From NCBI GenBank assembly GCA_964188305.1, contig OZ076903.1: a stretch of 64,000 bases of DNA. One strand, given 5' to 3'. Shown piece by piece: positions 35,099-64,000 of the stretch. Numbering within the stretch: position 1 is the first letter of the stretch; the number at the start of each line of letters is the position of its first letter. Below the pieces are notes generated by a model. The model had not been told where the DNA came from. It was given only the letters and a program-made list of their open reading frames with translations, and made no database searches. A program made the translations under genes and the position numbers. The stretch is from Podarcis bocagei (Eukaryota).

Positions 35099-37449
35099 GG
35101 GGGGGGAGGAGTTTCCTAGTAGGCAGTTAGCTTTCCACATTCAACAGGACAACTTACCCAGCTCTCCCCAGGACTCAACACACTTTGCTTTGCTTAAGGA
35201 CAGGTATACTTTCTTCCCTCACCTCTATCTTCCATGTGACAGTCCTTGAGATATTTCAAGATGGCTATCATATTTCCTCTCAGTCTCCTCTTTTCCAGGC
35301 TGAACATACCTAGCTCCCTTAACCAGAGGTGCCAGCTTAGGTCCAAGATTTAGGGGGTGGGGGCATCGTGCCATGCATGTGGGAGGACTGCTTCTGTTCT
35401 GCCAATCCAGACCACCAGGGGCTTTTTCTCTCTCCCCCCACCCACTGCCCTCACACTTACTTGCATGCACAAGGCACAGGTTACTGCTGACCAGGACCAG
35501 GACGACTGCTGGCCAAGGTACAAATCTGAGAAGAAACAAATCTGACACCAAGCATGGGTTGAAAGATTTGCCCTGTTTTACAATGGGAGCTTTAAACATG
35601 CATATCTTTATGAGGGCATTATGGTTTTCACAAACATGGGAAAACCAAGACCCTTGCAATATTCTCTAACATTTTTCTTCAAAATATATATATTTGGGGG
35701 GAGGGAGACAGAAGGAACTTTATGGGGAGTAATGGCTGTAAAAGGAAAATTGCTGAAGAAGGGAAATGGATTTAAAGTGTTGCATTTTAGCCATTTCTCA
35801 ACATAGCTGCCTGAAACATGGCTAACTCATGGCACTCATCAGGTAGATATGTCATGATAAATTACAGAAAGTTTAGACATGTTTTCTTCATTTTATTGTT
35901 TTTTAGAACATCCAGGTTTTTATTATGGTGGAATATATCAAGCCCTCGCAAATCTCACCTGCCCCCAACTTTTACCACTATCAATCTGCTATTGTGGTTG
36001 AAAAGCCCCCTTTGAAGACCTACCTGGAAATAAAGTAAATTATTGATTTCAAAATGACTACAGTTTAACTTTTAAAAAGTAATTTTACTAGTAACATGCT
36101 TCAAAAGTAGAATTTAACACAAAACTTATTGAGGTAAGTTAGACCCTGCAATGTTAATTTAAATTCCTCATTAGGCTATCAGGAAGCCCTAGAGAACAGA
36201 AGATGTACAGCAGAAGTGAAATATTGGGTCCATAGCAGAAGAGAAAACAAACAAAAAATGCCTAGATGAAATATTGAGTTCATTGTAAATTGGTTTTTTT
36301 ACTTGCAAACCAATTGGAAGCCTATTTTGGCATTAAGCAGCATATAAATAAAAAGATCAATAAATAACTTCAATAAGTTCTCCCTGCCAAATTAACATTA
36401 CTCAAATACCCCAAATCAGTGTTACAACTCCTGTGTCAAGACGAAGTCACCCTGGCACTGCATGACTCCCTTGAGTGGAATTTACTTCTGGGGTTCAGTG
36501 GATCTCAGCAGTGCTCTGTTACGTCTCCCTCCCTTTTTTTCTTTTGTAAACATGGGAATGAACTTCAGGTTTGTTTGTCTGTTTGTTTTATATAAAAAAT
36601 GAAAAAATTATATACTTGTGTTCTTGAAGTGGTATAGCCACAAAAATGAGCATTAATAATCATTATAATCATTTTATTATTTATACTCTGCCCAACTGGC
36701 TGGGTTTTCCCAGCCACTCTATATCATTTATGATCTAGGCAGAATCCTAAGTTATTTTCCCTAATCTATTTTTAGAAGGTCTCTTACCTGTTTGAGACCC
36801 CAGTTACTTTAGGCATTTGGTAATTTTCCTTGCCCACTGCTATTTGGCAAAGGACCCCTGATAACTTCACTATTTCCATGTAATCTTAAAAAAAGAAAAA
36901 GAAAAACAGTAAGGATGGATTGCATCAGTGATAAGCACTGGCCTGTTCCACAAGCAGTATGCAACACACCCTTGTAGACATTATGAGTGTAGAAAGGAAC
37001 ATCTAATAGAATACTTTTCTGAAATTATCAAACCAGGATACAGCAGCAACATGCCAACATCTTAGTTACTACCCTGCTTGTCGCCACCCGCATTGTCCTC
37101 CAGCATTGTCAGGCTCCAAGAAATAAACTTCTATATTATAGCAATTCTCTTAGGGACAAGATTGCCTTGCCCTGCGTGCGCTGAAGAAGCTCTGCTGAAC
37201 CCTGTTGGATGGATTACAATTAAAATGGAAAAGCCAGCTGCTGGACCAAGATATATTTGAACAATAGATTGCAAAGAATCGGGGGTCAAAAGTTTGACTT
37301 GGCCTTGTTCCTAAACGCATCGCATATTCGCCTAAAGGAGTCCGCATGAGGTAATCTGTCAACAATATGCAGCTAATGATCCTGCTGATAGAAACTGAAC
37401 TGAATTGAACCAGCTGTGAGGTTCAGGCTGCTCTGACAACTGAATGGGT

Positions 37450-59638
<22,189 letters not shown>

Positions 59639-60458
59639 CGGCTACATGATGCCTGGATTTCCCCTTCCTGGACTATACTGCACTGCAAGGGACTCTGGCA
59701 GCCCCATGTCACCCTGTTGGTTTGACTAGCACTCTGCATGGGGGGGAGGCACCTAGTCCCAGAAGCTGGAGGCTACAATCTCCCCCACCCGGACTCAGCA
59801 CTGGCCCTGCACCAGACTCTTTTCAGATGATGTAATATTTCATTTTCTTCTTTTCCTCCTTTTGTATTGTTGATACCTCGGCAGGGGGAGGCATTGCAGG
59901 GGTCACCATGGGCACCAAATGCAGGACCCACCAGTTCCCTTTGGTGGAAGCAGCAGGGTGCACCCTGTTGCTGTAAGGACTAGAGCCTTGCAGAGACCTG
60001 TTGTGGGTGGCGATAGCAGTGTGTGCTGGGAAAATCCCCAGCCCCTTGCTTCTGGCAGTAAAAGGAGCCAGGTGCCCTCTTGAGGGCAGTGCCCTGCTCC
60101 TCGTACCAGCATTCCCTAGACTCAACAGGGGCAGCGCCTCCTGTTGCACAGAGGGGCAGCTCTCCCCAAACACCCTTATCTTCCTCCTGGTACCTGTTGG
60201 GTTTTATAGGAACTGGGGTAACCACTTTGTTCTTTAGGGTGGTGGACGGGGCAAGGAATCTTCCCGTTCCACTCCAGCCTCTACTCCACCCTGACCTTCC
60301 TACCCCAAATCATGGGCCCCATGCTGCCTCAGGCTCTGACACTAAAGTCCTTTTGTCTTTCTCTTTTTAGTGTTTTTCCTTTTTTCCAGCAGGGGAGGGT
60401 GGGCTGTTGAGGGTAGGGAGGGGTGTGTTATTTTATTGTATTATGATTTTTTATTATT

Positions 60459-60464
60459 ATTAAA
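60459..60464 (+). terminator. Candidate KDM5C poly(A) signal (ATTAAA); distal AATAAA pair near 61386-61398
   Basis: Lies in a U-rich 3'UTR-like context downstream of the stop codon. Confidence 0.4.
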
Positions 60465-63400
60465 CTTTGGAGGTTAATGAACTTACTTGGATTTTGGGGG
60501 TGAGCGCCACCTCATCCGTCAGGGGTGCTTTTAGCAGTTGTCATGTAAAATGTAGGCATGCGCAGGTCTAGTGACTGCTCCTGTCTTGTAACTTCCTGCT
60601 ATGTAGGAGGGTAGCTGTGGAGCACTGAGAAGCCCTGATTAGCTGCTTTCTCCTTTTGAAATTCTGAGTTCTGGCACCCTAGTTTTCAGTAAAAAATAGT
60701 GTGATATGATTTTCCAGGTGCCTAATAGTCACTGTAGAGCCAGAGTGGGGAACCTGCAGCCCAAGGGCCGCATGTAGCTGTCAGCCTAATCCCATACTGC
60801 TGGTGATGGTGGGGAACCTACCAGAAGAGGAGAAGGAGGGGGGTGGAAAATTCCACAATTCATCAGTTCAGTCCTGTGGCAAATGTAATCTGTCCCTTTC
60901 CGTAGCAGTCCACTCTCTAGGGAGAAGTGGGTGACAGGAAAATAGAGAAAAAGGTTGCCCACTTTTGGCAGCAGCCTGGCCCATCATTGGCACATGGTTC
61001 CTGACAGAAAGTTTCCCATACTCTAGCTGTAGCAAGCCCTGCTCTCCCTCCAGTAGTGAATTGCACATCACCAAGAAAAGAGAAAGTCCTTTAGGCCAAA
61101 CCTACATACGTTGCCAATAAGACACAAAGAAGGAATTTGAGGGGCAAATTGTTATGGCTCTGAAAATGAATATTTAAAACTTTTTTTAATACTTCAGAAG
61201 CCCTGCCACCCCCCAAAAAGCCCAGAGAAGTAGAAGGAGCAGTAGATGACAGAACAAAGACAGAAAGAGTCAGGTTAATAGATTTCTCTGTGTCAGATGA
61301 TCTTTGAGACTTAACAGCGAGTGCACCTGAAAAGCTATGTTAAAGAGAGGTGAGAAAGGATGATATTTCAGAACTCAATTGTCAAATAAAAAATAAACAT
61401 CAGCTGGGCTGGGCTGCATGACACTTTAGCCAAGGCATTTTTCCTCCAGTATTAAATCATTGATATTTTGTGTAAAACAGGAAAATTAATTTTTTCCTTT
61501 TTTTGGAGAGGAGTTGAAGGCAGGCAGTGGAATAACAGGGTTTTTAAACATCCAGGAAATTAGACAGCCATTTCCCCAGGTAAACTGGTAGAAAGCATTA
61601 TTTAAGACTAAGATACTTAAGTCTACATAGGACTGGCCTTCTTGGTGATGAATCAATATGGAGGAAGTCTTGCCTCCTTAACATCTTTGGAATTCAGTGT
61701 CTCGAACACTGAGCTAAGACCAATCAGCATTAGATGCTTGGGATTCCAGAATGCTTTTGACTGTCCCTCCCCATAGCTTCGTAGGAAAGCTTTGCTGTGA
61801 GAGATGAGAGGAAGAATTTTCCCATGGACCAGTAACTGGCTATAAAGCAGGGAGAAGCAAAGGGTAGATGTGATTGAGTAGTTTTCACAATGGAGAAGAG
61901 CAGCCAGTAGTGTTTTAAGTGTCCCTCTTAGAATTGATGCTATGTAATATTTTTAATCAAACTATAGGCAGGGAATAGTAAGTAGCCAAGTTCTGCAAAT
62001 AACACCAACTTGTTCAAAATGGTGAAATTCCAAGGAGTCAGGGCAAAGCTTCAAAAGGGGCCTCCACAGAGGTGTATACTATTTTATGCTATGTGTAACT
62101 ACCCTACACAATGTGCTTTTAGTTGTTATAATAATAGCACCAAGCTTCGATGGCTTTTAAAAAGGATTACATAAATGTGTGGAGTTGCTACCCATCAACA
62201 ATAGAAGCTTAATGGAAATTACATGTGCCAAAACACCAGATTTTTTTGGAGGGGGGGGGGGAATGGTAAGGTGGCTATTGTTTCCAGCAGCTTCTGCAAA
62301 ACACGATGTTGAACTAGATGGGGCTTGATCCATCAGGGAAACCTTTGGTTCTTGAGCTGGATACATGTCCTTCTGGAGCCTTTGTAGCACCATTGCTAGG
62401 TTTTTCCCCTTACCCTTCCTCCTTGGTCCAGCACATGAAGGTGGGGCTGCAGGGGTGTAGGCAGAACTCTCCTACAACTGAGGCATAAGGCAGTTCCCCT
62501 ACCGTGGGGAGGAGTCTGCACACACAGAACATGTAAAAGGGTGTCTTTCCTGCTGTAGGCAAAACAGAAAAGCTGGAGAACTCCAATCATCTGAATAACC
62601 TGCAGTCCAAAGCCTGCTACTGCATTTCAGTTCAACAAGCATTTTATACAGGACTCAAAAAAATAATAATAAGCAAAAGTAGCCTTGTCTTATAAGAAAA
62701 ATTCCAAACTTCACATTAGAGCAACAACTTAACCCAACCAAACTCTCACAAAATTGTTATCCAGAACGCTCTCATCAGGCTAGATGGCAAGCAAAGCAGG
62801 GGGCTGCAGGGGGGACTGTAGGCGTCAGCATTTGTCAGTCTTATGGTGGCATGTAGAAGGAGGTGGCAGACATTAAAATGAGAGACTTGAGCCTGATGAC
62901 TTGTTCCCCCAGACTATTAAGAGGAAATGAGAGCCCAGTCAATCCACCAAGGATTGCAAAAGGCATAAATGCACCCATTCTGCTGGTGACCAGCAGTGTT
63001 TGCGGGAACCATTGCCAAGGCAAAGAACCGTATGATCTAGTTGAGATTCCTTCATTGGAGGGGGTTGGACTAGATGACTTTGGGAACGCTCCCAATGCAA
63101 CAGTTCCATGATTCAATGAGGTTTTGATGATTAAGCGGTATATAAAGCACATTAAATAAAATTCTATAGTTGCAGGTTTCAGGTTGCATCTGTGGCTGCT
63201 GGGAGAAAAGGCACACATGATGGATGAAACCTGCAAATCACCTAGCAGTGTTTCATTTGAATGTCTGCTACATCCTCCCACATTCCATCTTACGATTCTG
63301 ACTAAATGTAGTCTCCACGGTTTCAGCACTAGCCAATTCTCCCCTCCCTGCTTTTGTTTACCTGAAGAAGCATTCTAAAGAATTTGAAACCTTTATAACG

Positions 63401-64000
63401 TTTTGGTTCACTTAATAAAAGTATTTTCCTAAGTTGGATATTGAAATATACAGAGCAATTGGTCTTCCCACTCATGCAAATTAACTGTATTTGCTTATTT
63501 GGCCAGAGACCAGACAAAACCTAGGATAGATCTGTCTGTTGATTACTTCCCTTCAAGGGTAAGGGTCAGTTTTATACCTGTGTTGTAGCCAAGGTAAAAG
63601 TCAGCTTAATAACATGTTTTTTATCCTTCTCTGGTGTTGACCCCTCCCATTCTCGGTAGGTCTTTGATCTAACTGGATGGGGCATTACAACTACATTTTA
63701 AATATAATTTTAGGATCACTGTGCAGGAATGTTGTTACTTTCAGAAATTCACCATGGCCCTCTGCATTTTGTTTAGAAAATAAACTGGCATTTTTATTCT
63801 CTGCAGTCTGCTCCTGTAACAGAGGGATAATAAACCACGAGGTTAATGTTGAAGGAAGCCCCACCATTTTCCTATCACAGTAGGAAAAACAGTTTGTCAT
63901 GTTAGCGGGGGTGGTGGTGGTAGGCGGGTGGGAGTGAATGAGCATTGTAAAAAATAGACTCTAAAACCAAAGCCCCTGGAATCTGCACTGGTCATATATC

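Noticed and set aside
36438-36540. Hairpin (GCACTGC...GCAGTGC) with ATGA and a downstream T-run, resembling SECIS or a Pol III RNA
   Set aside because: SECIS core geometry is not satisfied, there is no selenoprotein 3'UTR context, and no clear A/B boxes were seen.

Overview
This is vertebrate genomic DNA, very likely from a squamate and probably a lacertid lizard, judged from Sauria SINEs, BovB, CR1 and the lizard-type hAT/Tc2/Tigger MITEs. Three protein-coding genes could be reconstructed by hand from GT-AG splice sites and recalled human orthologues. SLC10A3 is on the minus strand with a single coding exon at 3660-4952. FAM3A is on the minus strand with 9 coding exons at 14434-26333 (229 aa) and a probable CpG-island promoter near 30.5-31.2 kb. 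KDM5C is on the plus strand with 27 coding exons at 38089-59638 (about 1602 aa), head-to-head with FAM3A. A HINT1 processed pseudogene split by a CR1 insertion lies in the FAM3A 5' intron. The most notable items are an about 123-aa Gly/Arg/Glu-rich, collagen-like N-terminal extension on KDM5C; a 14-copy 99-bp hairpin array with higher-order structure inside a young Tc2-like element in FAM3A intron 7; a separate two-codon terminal exon of KDM5C; candidate in-frame cassette exons in the FAM3A stalk; and direct adjacency of orthologues of human Xq28 and Xp11 genes. No CRISPR, rRNA or bona fide tRNA gene was seen. No database searches were run, so all orthologue comparisons are from memory.
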